A stretch of 53,156 bases of DNA, filler included, from Dirinaria sp. TL-2023a (taxonomy: Eukaryota), in NCBI GenBank assembly GCA_051941275.1. It is 4 parts of 4 records of this genome, joined end to end, with 100 filler letters (N's around TTAATTAATTAA, not from the genome) between each part and the next. Parts side by side here need not be neighbours in the genome. Positions count along the whole stretch, not along the records: positions 13,339 to 26,560 come from JAVEBF010000703.1; 3 more parts are not named here. One strand, given 5' to 3'. A program made the position numbers and the translations under genes. Of the stretch, positions 13,339 through 25,111 are shown in pieces; position 1 is the first letter of the stretch, and the number at the start of each line of letters is the position of its first letter. Below the pieces are notes generated by a model. It saw only the letters and a list, made by a program, of their open reading frames with translations, did not search any database and was not told the DNA's origin.

Positions 13339-15400
13339 CGAGGAGCTGAACACTTCTAGTCTGCGACGCTTCGACGTGGGGAAAGATCTGAAACTATGAT
13401 TTCACTACAAAACCGCGGAAGAAGCGCGAGAGCTACGAGCATCCTCCATGTCTATGTGGTAAGCCCAAGCAAATTAAATGAGAAATCCCTCATTGCATGC
13501 GAAACAACGTCGACGCGTAGTTGTAAAAGAGGGTGGTCTAGATAAAGCTCATTGAGCTACTGTCGCTTGTCTACAGAACTTTGAGACATTCTATCAAAGA
13601 TGTGTTGCGACAGTTAATGGTATAGATGACTTCTACAAGACATTCACATAATCTGAAGGGGTCACGAACGTGAGTCTAGACTTTGGATCACCGATCATGA
13701 AACCAGAATAGTAGAAGGATTTTTTCCGAAGCTCAGTAAATCTGATGTAGCAATCAAATCTTATGTCGTTCAAGGTTATTAATGAGCAGCATCTTGTCTA
13801 CATATCGTTAGAATTAGGGAGCAGAGCGAAGCAAGAGCAAGCAGATACGAGATGACTCCGTCGATCATGTTCTGGAAGAAATTTCCGACGCACACGTCTT
13901 GCATTTGAAGTTCTTGTTCTCATATATGATCGAAGAAGTAATATTACATTGATCTTGAGTTCTAAGTCTCTCAAAGTTCAAAACCTTATTAATCTGCAAC
14001 AACTGTTCACTAAAACGATAAGAAGCATCATCTGAAAGCATCAGGAGCATGATAACGTCCCCCCAGAAAGAAATTGCTAGTCCTAAATGTTACCCATAGC
14101 AACGTAATTTCTAGACAGGATCAAACTCAATCCTCTTCCGTTCGCTGCGCGTTGGACGAGTTCCAGAAGCAGGCTGCGTTGAAGTCTTAAGGCATCAGCA
14201 AAGCACATAGCAGATTTTCCATCCTCCTTTCAAAAGCCTCAATATATTCAGTCTCGAGCTCGAGATTAGCGATCGAAAGGATCGCCCTTCAGATCCTGAG
14301 TTCGACAAGGACCTTGATAGCCGTTGCGCTTACCGTCTTGGGAGAACGCCCTGAGATCAAGCTTCCCAGAAGCACCCAGTCGTTAACTGGATCCAACATG
14401 CGAAGTACTGTCGTAGAGATTGTAGATAGGTTCAGAGGTTTGGGTAATGAATTCAGTTTAGCAAAGAGTTGAGGCGCTTTAAATTTATCCTGTGTTGCGA
14501 CACGATGCATAATGGAGGGATTCACCTCGAGCTTCAGCTATGCGTATTTTGGATCGAGGACTTTTTCCTTGCTTAGTTACTTCATAGTCTGGTGAGAAAG
14601 ATCTGACTGATTAACAAATTGAACATGATTTTTGCTGTTGTTGCACACATGCGTCTGCTTGAAGGGCATTGAACAAGTGTGCACCGCTTGACGGGATTCC
14701 GAGAAGCTTGTTACAGATACTCTGACGTTGAGCTTTATGTTCAAGTGTGCCCTTGTTTCGTCAATTCACTGATTTTCTATCAGTCGCACAGTTTATTGAC
14801 CAAGTATGTTAGAAGGGAATTTTCTTTGATGAGGTTGTTTTCAATCTCGTTGACTCACGGGAGATATAATCGCGCTCAGTCGTCAAAATCCAATATATTG
14901 AAAAGCTGATGAGTTTGAGTAGCTTAGTAGATAATTACTTCGACATAGAGCGGTTAGCGACACATCATCGATTAGCCTATACACGTAGTCTTCAGTATTT
15001 TTGACTAGAGCTCGGTGACGATAGACAAGAAACTTTTCATTAAGATACTGATTCTGTGAAGATGCTAGAAATTATATAGATTCAGCATAGGGTGTATCGA
15101 CTTTCATCTTCTAGAAACATGGCGAGCTCAATGAGCTTTGATCAAAATAGATTTCATTCTCCTTTTCATATTCAACAACACGCCATCATTTCCATCATCT
15201 TCTCGAGATCGACGAGATCATGTGGTGCCTTCTCTAATTTCCATCAAAACAAAGCATAAGATCCATGAAGAAGCGGAAAAGACTAAAGATCGCGGGGACT
15301 GTATCTGCTGAATGTGTCATCTTTGCAGCTCGGAGTTTGTACTCGATCTGAATCTTCTCGAACAGATCTTGAACGATACGAGTAATTTTCATCAAGTCAA
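13339..15400. other. Degraded, CC/GG-depleted relic sequence of unidentified origin
   Basis: Only short ORFs with frequent stops. By hand count, 13861-14040 has 3 CC/GG dinucleotides in 180 nt. No recognisable domain. Confidence 0.5.
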
Positions 15401-15405
15401 ATTGA

Positions 15406-17097
15406 TCAAAAATATTGACCAATTTCCCTAGATTGCTGGAGCCATTGACTTATTTGTAGCTCGTTCTTATTCAGAGCACTGCTATCGTATTCACTGCCCA
15501 TGACGCTTTGCTCGAGTAAGTGCTCCAAGAATTTAATCCCACGTTCTTGGGTTTCAGGATTACGGTAGCGAACCCGCCGTCCCCTGGCAGTCCAGTCAAA
15601 CGGCGGAGAGATGTGTATAAAGAACCTCCCAAGTCCTTCGACGGACGAAAACGGCTTTACTACGCGTTTATACGTTTGCACGAGTTTCACACGCTGCTCT
15701 CGCGTCAAACCTGCAGGAAATGATCTTGGTCCTTGGTAACCTGGCGGGTAGTCTTCCATATATATGCGCACTGTAAGGACTGGAAGATTGAGCTCCTCTT
15801 TGATGGATTCCATCGTCTGTAGCCATTCCTGATGAGCAGGTTCGTGAGAAAGCAAGTAACTCTCGTCGAATGGCGGGACAACTATTTCTATGAATCTCAG
15901 ATTGCAAAGTGCATCGCGAGGTACAACTCGTGAAAGGAAGGTTGAAGCTTCGAAATGATCCAGCGAAGTTTGAGCAATGTTGTACCAACCCGCCGAAGGA
16001 ATGACGATGAAGCGATTCATGCCGAAGAAAACTGCTTGAGCGTGTTTTCGTAACAGTCGACAAACAAGAAACATACTTGTCGGCGGATACCAGCAACGGC
16101 ATTTCGAAGAAAAGGCGGCGTGGTAACGAGGACAAAAGCAGTCTAAGCTCGACTGTAGGCGGCACTCTCGAAATTGACAGCCGTGATGCAATGCCGCGGG
16201 ACAATCCCATCCCTCATACGCTCTGCATCGAGAACTGCTATATCTAAGATGAAAGCCATCTTTCGGATTCCACTCAACTTCACGCAGAGGAGTAACAATA
16301 TCTGTGTATTTGAGTACAGATTCAATGAGTTCTGATGGAAGGTCTAGAAAGCCGAATATGGTCCTGGATTCGTCTAGAATATGCCCCTTTACGCGCATCA
16401 CGGTTTCACGAGCCAGAGATTGAAGAGCCTGATTAGGCTGATCAGCGAAACGAATGGCACATTCTGCCAGATTCCGAGTATCTTGGAGAGGTTGGACCAC
16501 TTGGTAGGCGGTTTCGAGGCCGTCCACATCACACGCCAAATGTAACTGGAGTTGAGAAGGTCTCAAATGCCCTGCTATGTATTTGAAAGTAGTCTGCCAT
16601 TCAGAGAGAAGAACTCGGGATCCCCGTGACGATATTCGAAGAGGGTTTGCCTGCGTGCCATGATGATGAACACCTTTGGAAAACGGTTCAAAGCCCGGGT
16701 CATCAGGAGAGCGATAGCTGAGATTGAGGCGTAAAGTGAGACATTTCAAAGCGGCTAAAGAGCTTGGTCGGAGGTTTCGTAGCCTTTGCAAGCCCCTCGA
16801 CTTCGAGTAGTTGATGGAGAATCTGTTGGCAGAGTATAGATAATGTGCAACCTCAGCGTATACAGCACGACAGGTCAGGTGTAAGCTCAGGCAAGTCTCA
16901 AGACCATCGTCTGATAGTGAAGCATCGTCTCGTATTGAACGCTCGTCTAGCGTTGAACGATCGAGCACGAAGTCGCAATCACTGCCAAGATCTAGCTCTG
17001 CATAAATCTGATGTCGAACAGTCGGCGGAAGATCAAGAAAAGTGCGTACATGAGTACACGATAGCCCAAGGTATTCACATATCCTACGCTGCTGCAT
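15406..17097 (-). CDS. Intronless 563-aa protein with two F-box-like motifs and a Cys/His-rich segment
   Basis: TFLDLPPTVRHQIY and GFLDLPSELIESVLKY, each followed later by an L-x-C-R-x6-8-(YLYS/VFFG)-x-NRF segment; uninterrupted ORF. Confidence 0.75.
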   Translation of the reverse strand: MQQRRICEYLGLSCTHVRTFLDLPPTVRHQIYAELDLGSDCDFVLDRSTLDERSIRDDASLSDDGLETCLSLHLTCRAVYAEVAHYLYSANRFSINYSKSRGLQRLRNLRPSSLAALKCLTLRLNLSYRSPDDPGFEPFSKGVHHHGTQANPLRISSRGSRVLLSEWQTTFKYIAGHLRPSQLQLHLACDVDGLETAYQVVQPLQDTRNLAECAIRFADQPNQALQSLARETVMRVKGHILDESRTIFGFLDLPSELIESVLKYTDIVTPLREVEWNPKDGFHLRYSSSRCRAYEGWDCPAALHHGCQFRECRLQSSLDCFCPRYHAAFSSKCRCWYPPTSMFLVCRLLRKHAQAVFFGMNRFIVIPSAGWYNIAQTSLDHFEASTFLSRVVPRDALCNLRFIEIVVPPFDESYLLSHEPAHQEWLQTMESIKEELNLPVLTVRIYMEDYPPGYQGPRSFPAGLTREQRVKLVQTYKRVVKPFSSVEGLGRFFIHISPPFDWTARGRRVRYRNPETQERGIKFLEHLLEQSVMGSEYDSSALNKNELQISQWLQQSREIGQYF

Positions 17098-18364
17098 TAT
17101 AAGGGCTTGAAAGCCTCAATTTAATCTCTTGTTAGAAGTAAGTCGCGCGTGGAAGTCCAGTTTCGTTACACATAGAGGTTCTTGATGTGGGCCCAACGAT
17201 TTTGCTCTTGTTTGATGCAGATAAAGACTTTCAATGCTAGCTGGATCGTGACCACAGTCTGTAGAATGAGTTACGTGCATTCAAGGTACTCTATCAAATC
17301 TTCAATAAGTCAGCAAAAGTCCAGCCCTATTCCAACTCTGAATTGGAGAAACTTCTTTGTGTCTGATGGTTTTGGCAGGTACCTCAAAATGGGAATTAAT
17401 TCCTTGAAGGACTTACGAAAAGAATTAGTCTCTTGACGATGAAACGAAGCACTCAATTCAGCCGTTAGTAAAGAGAGCTAGCAATTAATTTGCGACAACT
17501 AAGATACAAAAAGATAAAGCAAAGCATTGCTTCAGTGTTATTGAAATTCAACGATAAACGTTGAAGGATTTCGTTTTGTTCTCTTCGCTGACTCATCGTT
17601 CTTGGCGAGATAAGCTTTATGACGTGAGATAAATTGACTACGAGACTACCTAAGCTAGTTCGGCGGATCATCCTAAGCAGCGCACTCCGAGACTCCTTAA
17701 ACGTTTTGCTCCAAAGCGATAAGAGTTTCCGCTGCTCTCGTCTCGTTCTTGAAGAGAGGGAGCTTTAAAATTGTGCTGCATATCTATTCATTCTATCTCG
17801 CTATTCCCGTGATATTTGTCAGTGTGTGCCTGACGGCAATGACGCAGGCAGCATCGGGGGTCGTTTATGATGGTCAACTTGCATGCTTGTTATTATTAAA
17901 GAAGAAGGATGTCAGTGTGGTCTAAATACACAATAATATCACACTAGCAGCTCTATAGACCGATCCCGAGATATAGCCGAAAAGGTAACTGCGCCTCCAA
18001 CACCAACAATATTGCGGCTGATAATCCATCTCATTTCGCAAAGTGGTTTTACTATCGTGCGTGCTTTTCAACAGATGCTGTGATTTCCATACACAACAGG
18101 TCCATCATTGCTGGAACAATTATCGTCATAGCGTATGACTTTCCTTGTATCTAGTCTTGTATCTAGTCGTGTATATATGTTACGCTGACCTGTCCCATGA
18201 GATCTTGACTTTCTCGATCCCTAAGCTCGTCAAAAAATTCATCGGAGATATTACTGTAAAGAGTATCCACGTGTCAGACAGCAAATATCTTGCACATTGC
18301 ACCAAAAAGGACCCCTCCCTTGGTGAATGATTATTGCTGTATTTGTTGATTTTTCTTATTCGAC

Positions 18365-19700
18365 GCCACGTGTGGTTTAAATCTCTGGTGAGTATACTGC
18401 ATACCACGCCCGACGAGATCTCTGTCAAGATTTGAATCGTCGCGATCACAAATATGGCGTTGTCATGAGCCAACGTAGTAAGGCTTGAGGTATGTCGACA
18501 CTGACTAGTGCATTCAATTGTCTTTCTATTTGGCTTTGAAAAAGTACATTACCAAGTACAACACTGATGGTCTGACTCAGAATCTTCCAAAGATGAAATT
18601 TTGAGGTACCAACACTGATGTCTTCCGCGCTGATGTGAGCATGCAGTGCTATGAATTGTGTTGATCGACGAGTCCGAGTCCGGAGATCAAGATAGTCTGA
18701 GAAATGATGATTATTAGCCAGCTCACGTACGCCTACGAATGAATCAAAAGCTCAGTCAGAGCAGTCGAGAGAAATTAGACGTCGAAGATGAGTGGTCGGA
18801 TTCGAAGAACGAGCTGAAGTAAATGGGCAAAACAGATGTACAAGTCGTGCTAAGAAGTGACTGAGACACAGTTACCGCCAGTATTGCCAAGTGAGAGTGT
18901 TGACTGAATAATCTTAGGAGAATAAGTCGATGCAACGCTTTGAATTCCACGACAGCGACAACTCTAAACGCAGCCAGTGCGAAAACTATAAGATAAATGA
19001 CTTGCACAGGCACCCAAGCATACACCGTGCCTCCAAGCTGCACTCCGATCAGTAACATCAAATTCACCGCGGGTAAAAGTAGAGCTCCCTAACCAATAGA
19101 TAGTTTTGATTCCTTGGAATAATGACACTTCAGGCGACTCGATTTCCAAAAGCAACACGAGTACTGCAAACGAGATTGCTGTGAAAGGAATTAATCTTGA
19201 ACTCAATACAGACTCTTAGTCGAGGACCTATCTGTCCTCATTTTAGCCAGAGGCACCGCCGCCATAAGATACATTGGGTCAGCGCTCCACCTATGAGAGG
19301 GCCAGCCGTGGACGAGATTGCACGGTAATTAGGAATGTCGAGCCGCTGGAATGAGCGCTGATAAAAATACCAGCGAAGAAAAGCATTCGATTATGAAGAA
19401 ATCACTCTTATGTCAAAACAAATGCTGACATTCGCCCTTATCGGAACGAAGACTGCAAATCCAAGCATATAGGCGGATCCTATCCACGCAAGACCTGCAT
19501 CTGATACCAAAATTCAGTAGCAAAATTTGGTAGAGCCGTAGTCAAAGTGAAAGTATCCAGCTTTAGAACGAAAAAATACGTGCATGAAGCGAACATGATA
19601 AGCTTAGTCTCTCGTGAAGGCAATACCAAAGGTACTTCAACATCTTTAATTTGTTCCAGACGTTGACACTTGTTTCGCATCAGCTGCAATATTATCAGCT
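18365..19700 (-). pseudogene. DHA2-type (14-TM) MFS efflux transporter pseudogene
   Basis: Fragments in several frames: KLIMFASC..LDTFTLTTALPNFATEF, SAYMLG, LLIGVQLGGTVYAW, LILLRLFSQ, FIALHAHISAEDISVGTS, LSQTISVVLGNVLFQSQ. Many stops and frameshifts; ends are approximate. Confidence 0.8.
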
Positions 19701-20544
19701 TTAGCAGTCCCGTTGACAGCCTCATCAGCAGACTGAGCAGCGCACTCTTCGTCGAGTTTGGCGAAATTGGAACCTCAAAGCGATTTCCTGCGTTCCAGCA
19801 TAGCCATCGATAAGGCAAAGCATATTTGCTACGCCAAATTGTTGACCCATTGGAAATCCTGCTGAGACGATTTGAATTTAATTTTGGCGATCAAAGCATT
19901 GCAACTCGGCGAATCAGCTGTAGACTCGCTCGACTGCATATCTTGGGTACCACCTGAACAAAATTCATATTTTCATATCGTAGCGTAAGTGCCGCCTCCT
20001 TCGGACGCCACACCTAAGATACGTGTTGGCTTTTCGCGACTATTTCAACAAGGTACAGATCAACTGCTCAACTACGCACGTGTATCTGCAGGCAAATCCA
20101 GAGAAATTTAATCGGAGGATCACAATCCATCTGATGGGTTCTGTGCTATACCCAACAAAACATTAGACCAGCCTCTAAATCAGCTTGTAGTCAACAGCAG
20201 TGGATTAAGCTTTCCAGGGATTGTTTCCAGGCGAAATTTTGATCAGCCGCGGTATCGCTTGCTAACAATTGAAATACGTATAATAGCGATCAATAGAATG
20301 TAGTCAGACAAATTGAGGAAAACTTCGTGTCCAAACCCTACCTCATACAAAGCAGAGCCTGAATCGTAGGTTTAGGGTTGCTCAGCGTTCAGGACAGCGC
20401 GGTCTAAGAGACTGTACTTCACACTACCTTAATTAATACAGCTTCTTCAAATCCATCTGCGCGATCAAACAAACTCTGACAGCCAAGTTACTCCGCGAAG
20501 ATTCATCTAAGTGGCGCAATCTCTCCGTAGTAACCGGCTTGAAA

Positions 20545-21819
20545 ATGAAGCAAAGAAATACTCTTCGGGTTGACGCTGGATAACTCATACCTGGTCGCGG
20601 AGAGCCCATTCAAAACGCTTCCCTGATCTCGAGTGAAAACAAGATCGTTTTTGTGGGTAGAACCGAAGATCTCGGTCCTGAGCATGCCAAAATAATCCCA
20701 GTCGCAGTTCCAGTTCTGATGCCAGGCATGTGGGACTGCCACGTTCACTTCATGGGTGCGGGAAGAACAGGTGTCGACGATATGGCCATGACCCCGCCGG
20801 CATTACCTGGCGCTCGCGGCGCAAAGGACGTTGCTGCCACTTTGAGTGCAGGTTTTACGACAATTAGAGAAATGGCCGGTTATGGCGTTGAATTGTCCAA
20901 GGCCATCAGCGAGGGCTGGCTTCCAGGTCCTAATATCTACTCCTCTGTCAGTATCCTGAGTCAGACAGGCAGCCACGGAGATGCTCAAAGCATGCCCCTC
21001 GATCTTTTGCATGACAGAATATGCCACGGGCTGCCTTTTCATCTATGCGACGGTATCAGCGAGTGCATAAAGGCGGTGCGCATCCAGATACGGCGAGGAG
21101 CATCTGTTATCAAGGTCGTTACGAGTGGGGGCGTCGCAAGCCTTAGTGATGACCCGCAAGCGCAACAATTCTCAGAAAAAGAACTAGAAGCTATTGTCGA
21201 GGAAGCTACACGATCAGACCGAGTCGTTGCTGCTCATTGCCATGGCAAGAAGGGAATCATGGCGGCTTTACATGCTGGCTGTCGCACGATTGAGCATGGA
21301 AGTTACCTGGGTCAAGAAGCTATTGATCTAATGCTCGAAAAGAATGCCATTTTGATCCCAACCCGATCCATAATGGAATACGGCGTGCAGCATCCGGAAG
21401 CATATAGCGAGAGTATTTACGCCAAGTTGATTCAAGTCTGCGAAGCGCATAAGAAGTCCTACGAGATGGCCGTGGCAGCAGGTGTACGCATAGCTCTTGG
21501 CACTGATCTGGGAGTCAGTTCTTCATCCATCAGATTCAATCACGGAACAAATGGGAGCGAATTTCGTTACGCTGTCAGTGCTGGTATGACTCCATTACAG
21601 GCGATAGAGGCTGGCACTGCGAACGCACCAGATACGCTAGGCTTACAAGCACCAAAATCTGGGCAATTGAAGCCAGGTTATGACGCAGACTTCATTGCCT
21701 TGTCTAAAAATCCGCTGGAAGATATCGATACGCTGGCAGATCCCGGCAAAGTAACACACGTCTGGAAATCTGGACGACTGGAAAAGTCGCCCGCAGAGCC
21801 TGTCGGACTTCTCACGTAA
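20545..21819 (+). pseudogene. Metal-dependent amidohydrolase (Xaa-Pro dipeptidase/prolidase-like) with one premature TAA at codon 13
   Basis: ATG at 20545 reads MKQRNTLRVDAG*LIPGRGEPIQNA in frame with PGMWDCHVH, IKV, AAHCHG, IEHG, ALGTD and GQLKPGYDADFI. TAA at 20581-20583. Intronless. Confidence 0.8.
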
Positions 21820-22836
21820 GTCTTTCTATCATCCATCATAGCTGGCAGCTAGATTATCTTCAAGCCAAGACTGTATTTTAGTCTGATAGCCTCCGCCAAA
21901 ACAGCGGCTACATGCTGCGTACAAACAATTTCGTCATCTCGCTGCGACGCAGGATGATTCTCTCTGCCCAGCTAGCGTAATCAAATTCAGCTCATCAATT
22001 GCGATGGATACTCAACCAACGCGAAGAAAGTCGACGCTCAACCTGACCAAATCATATACCCGTGGGTCTTCCACCAATTGTTTCTTAGCAAAACTTATCA
22101 ACCTCTCAGTACTATAAAATATCGTGCATTGTCATGCTCCACACCAATGATGCTGTGTCAAGCGAGTTCAGCTCTATGACGGAATGAAGTTGAGCGAGTC
22201 CCTTGAGACATTTCCTATCAATGTGCGGACCACATCATCGGATTTGCCGATCATTTGTGAAATGTCGACTATTCTTCAAATTCGATAAAATCTTCACATA
22301 GCATCGCTGTCTGAGCACTGAAGAATAATAATGAAGATAAGCTCGCTCTGTTTGCGCGCACTTCTTTTGGACTCTCGAGTTTTTCTCTCTCAGAGATGCT
22401 TGAGACCCGTCTTCGCAAGATAATCGACGCATCCGCTAGTCGCTTTTGAAAGCAAAGCGACTAAGACATTCTTCGGATTTGCACGATAAGGAAGAGCTTT
22501 CTCATACTGAATGAGCGTGAATGTGATCGCTCTATTACGTATTACTAAGACTTGTTTCTCTTTCTGGCTATGAGTTTTTGAATGAATCAAAATTTCAGAC
22601 AATTGCCCAGTATCTGCAAAGCTTCAATTCCATGTCGAAAGTAATCTTGAGATTGTCGTTTCGTGGTAGATTTAAGCGGCCCACTGGCTCAAAAGGCTCG
22701 TGTGATCGATTTGGAGTCTCTTTTCACTAAAAGAATCCGCACTCGAGAGTGCACCTTAGAAATGTTTTCCGAGCCTATACATCAAGTGACGTCTTGGCTT
22801 CTTTTCCTCGGCCGTCATGTCCACACGTTGCAGTAG

Positions 22837-24487
22837 TCAAGGCGCAGTCGACGGCCTTCGAGACAAAGTACTGTGGAGTTTGTGCTCTTTCATGAAGAGA
22901 CTGGAAATTGCCCCAAGTATGGATATTCCTAGCATAGCTAAAAACACCCCTCGCAAAGCGGCAATGTGGGCTTCCACGGAGATTTCCCTCAAACGGGGAG
23001 GAAGTTGTCGTATCGAAGTTAAGTTATTTCTGATTCGAACGATAGTCTGAAGCATGCTTCTCTTCGCCAAACTTTTGCCAGAGCCGTGAGTCCACAATGT
23101 TCTGGAATATCACAGACGCCACCGTTATTCCAAGGGTACTCCCAGTACTCCGGAATGCATATGACGCCGATGTGATTACAGCTTGGAACTCTTGGTCTAC
23201 AGCCGCGATCAATGCGACTAACGTCACTGTAAGCATCCCACTGTAACCGACACCCATCAGAAACAAGTAAGGAAAAGGTGCCCAAGCCGGTGAATTGAAT
23301 TGCAACGTTGAAATCAATGCTAGTGAGCAGATAAAGATGGCCTGGATTAATACATGCAGTACGTAGTAACGACCAGTCCAGCGGATGATCATACCACTAA
23401 CGAGAGACATAACTGCGACACCCAGAGATTCTGGTATGAATCGTAAGCCGGCTTGGGTTGGTGAGTAGCCCTGGACCTGAAAGAAGATAGGCCCATAGAA
23501 GAGAACACCAAAGCGTGCTATTGAGGTAAACCAATTAGTCAGGCAAGAAGACCAGACCGTCCGATTCAAGAGCAACCTAACCGGGATGATAGGCTCCTCG
23601 GCATGGTCCTCGATAAAGACGAAAGCCACCAGACTGACGACTGACAATGGTAATGTTGTAAGCACTAGTGGACTGGTCCAAGACACGGAGTTTCCCCCAG
23701 AATTCAGGGCGAAAAGCAATAAAATGATACTTATTAGAAGCGACGTTGCTCCAAAAATGTCGATTCTTTTGAACTTATCGTCGGTTGTTTCCTTTTGTGA
23801 CACCGGTATCTTGACTGTCAGAAACACCAATAGAACGGCAAGCACGGTGAGAGGAATTTGGAGAGCGAACGCCCAGCGCCATGAGCAAGCGTCATTCATC
23901 CAGCCTCCGAAAACACCCCCTAAGCTAGAGCCCAACCCAAAGCAGATATTTGCAAGTCCTTGCCAGACACCTCGTTTGCGAAGAGGGATTAAATCCGAGG
24001 CAACAAAGGTTGCGATTGGGCCAAGACCTCCACCACCAATGCCAGCGATCACTCTTCCTAACACCATTACCCACGCAGTGCCCGCAAGGGCACAGATGAG
24101 ATTTCCAATGGCAAAGAAGATGTTGCAGAAGATCAAACCAGCTGCTCGCCCATAAATGTCCGTGAGCTTACCGGAAAGAGGCTGTGATACGGCATTGGCA
24201 ATAAAATAAGCGGATGCTAGCCAGGAGAGCACTGACATGGAACCGAAGGAGGCTGAAATGGGCGCGGAAAGTGTAGCCACGAGAGTCGAGTCCAGAGCTG
24301 CTATAAAAGAGCCCAGATATACGCCGCTCATGATCCATAGTAGCTGCGAGTTCGGTGGCTCATTTTGACTGGGTACGTCGTCCTCGGTGCCAGCGGGTTG
24401 CCCCTGAAAGCCGCCCGATAAGATTGCGCCCTGATTCGGCAGGTTACCCCTTTCCTCACTGGCCAGCAATTGAGATCTCTCGTTCAT
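22837..24487 (-). pseudogene. VBA-type DHA2 MFS transporter with a frameshift before the last TM helix
   Basis: FIAALDSTLVATL, GKLTDIYGR, DLIPLRKRGVWQG, AEEPIIP. The frame changes near 23048 (..EKHAS / TIVRIRNN..ALRGVFLAMLGISILGAISSLFMKEHKLHSTLSR) with no intron signals. An assembly error is possible. Confidence 0.75.
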
Positions 24488-24775
24488 TTTTGACTCGGCT
24501 TGAGAGACCGTGCTACGGTCGCTATTCAATGAAATGAAGTTATATAGTGAGAAGAATAGAGTAAGAGCACTCTTTCGTATGACGCCCTATGGCAGCGGGG
24601 TACTTTTACGCGACTCAAGAGATAAAAGGTGCTGATCGCTGGGCTTCCGACGATCCTGAGATAAGCGTTGATCAACATCTTGATTGGCTGAATAGACAGG
24701 TGATAGCCAGATACCTTAGTGCCTACCTTAGACGATGAAAGCTTGTTTGAACGCATGTACAGACACCTACCTGAC

Positions 24776-24808
24776 GCGGGGTTTCTCATGGCGGGGCTCA
24801 TGGCGGGG
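24776..24808. promoter_or_regulatory. Three GCGGGG (SYGGRG, CreA/Mig1-type) motifs including a CTCATGGCGGGG tandem duplication
   Basis: GCGGGG at 24776, 24791 and 24803, about 300 nt upstream of the VBA-type MFS start. Confidence 0.35.
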
Positions 24809-25111
24809 CAGCGCTTAGGTTCGCAGTCAATTATTTCTGGGGAATCCTTAGTTATTAGTCCTAGCACCTACATATAACGTTAGCATTTCATTATTTTCAC
24901 ATAACAAGAGGTTAAGAACCGACGACGGAACTTCCAGCCTTGTCAAGGCGTCCGCTAATTTGCGAAAATAAATTTCTTTCGCGTCCGAAGCATTACAGCA
25001 TCAGTTTGAGTGAACGCTGAAAGACTCGAGCGCTAGTTCTTCTTTGGATACATATCTTGAAACTCCAACTCGCTTTCGCAACTCGCCTTGTGCAAGCATT
25101 GTGAAGAAAAT

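Noticed and set aside
13339..15400. Possible transposase or Starship captain relic
   Set aside because: Hand translation showed no DDE, reverse transcriptase or tyrosine-recombinase motifs; too degraded to call
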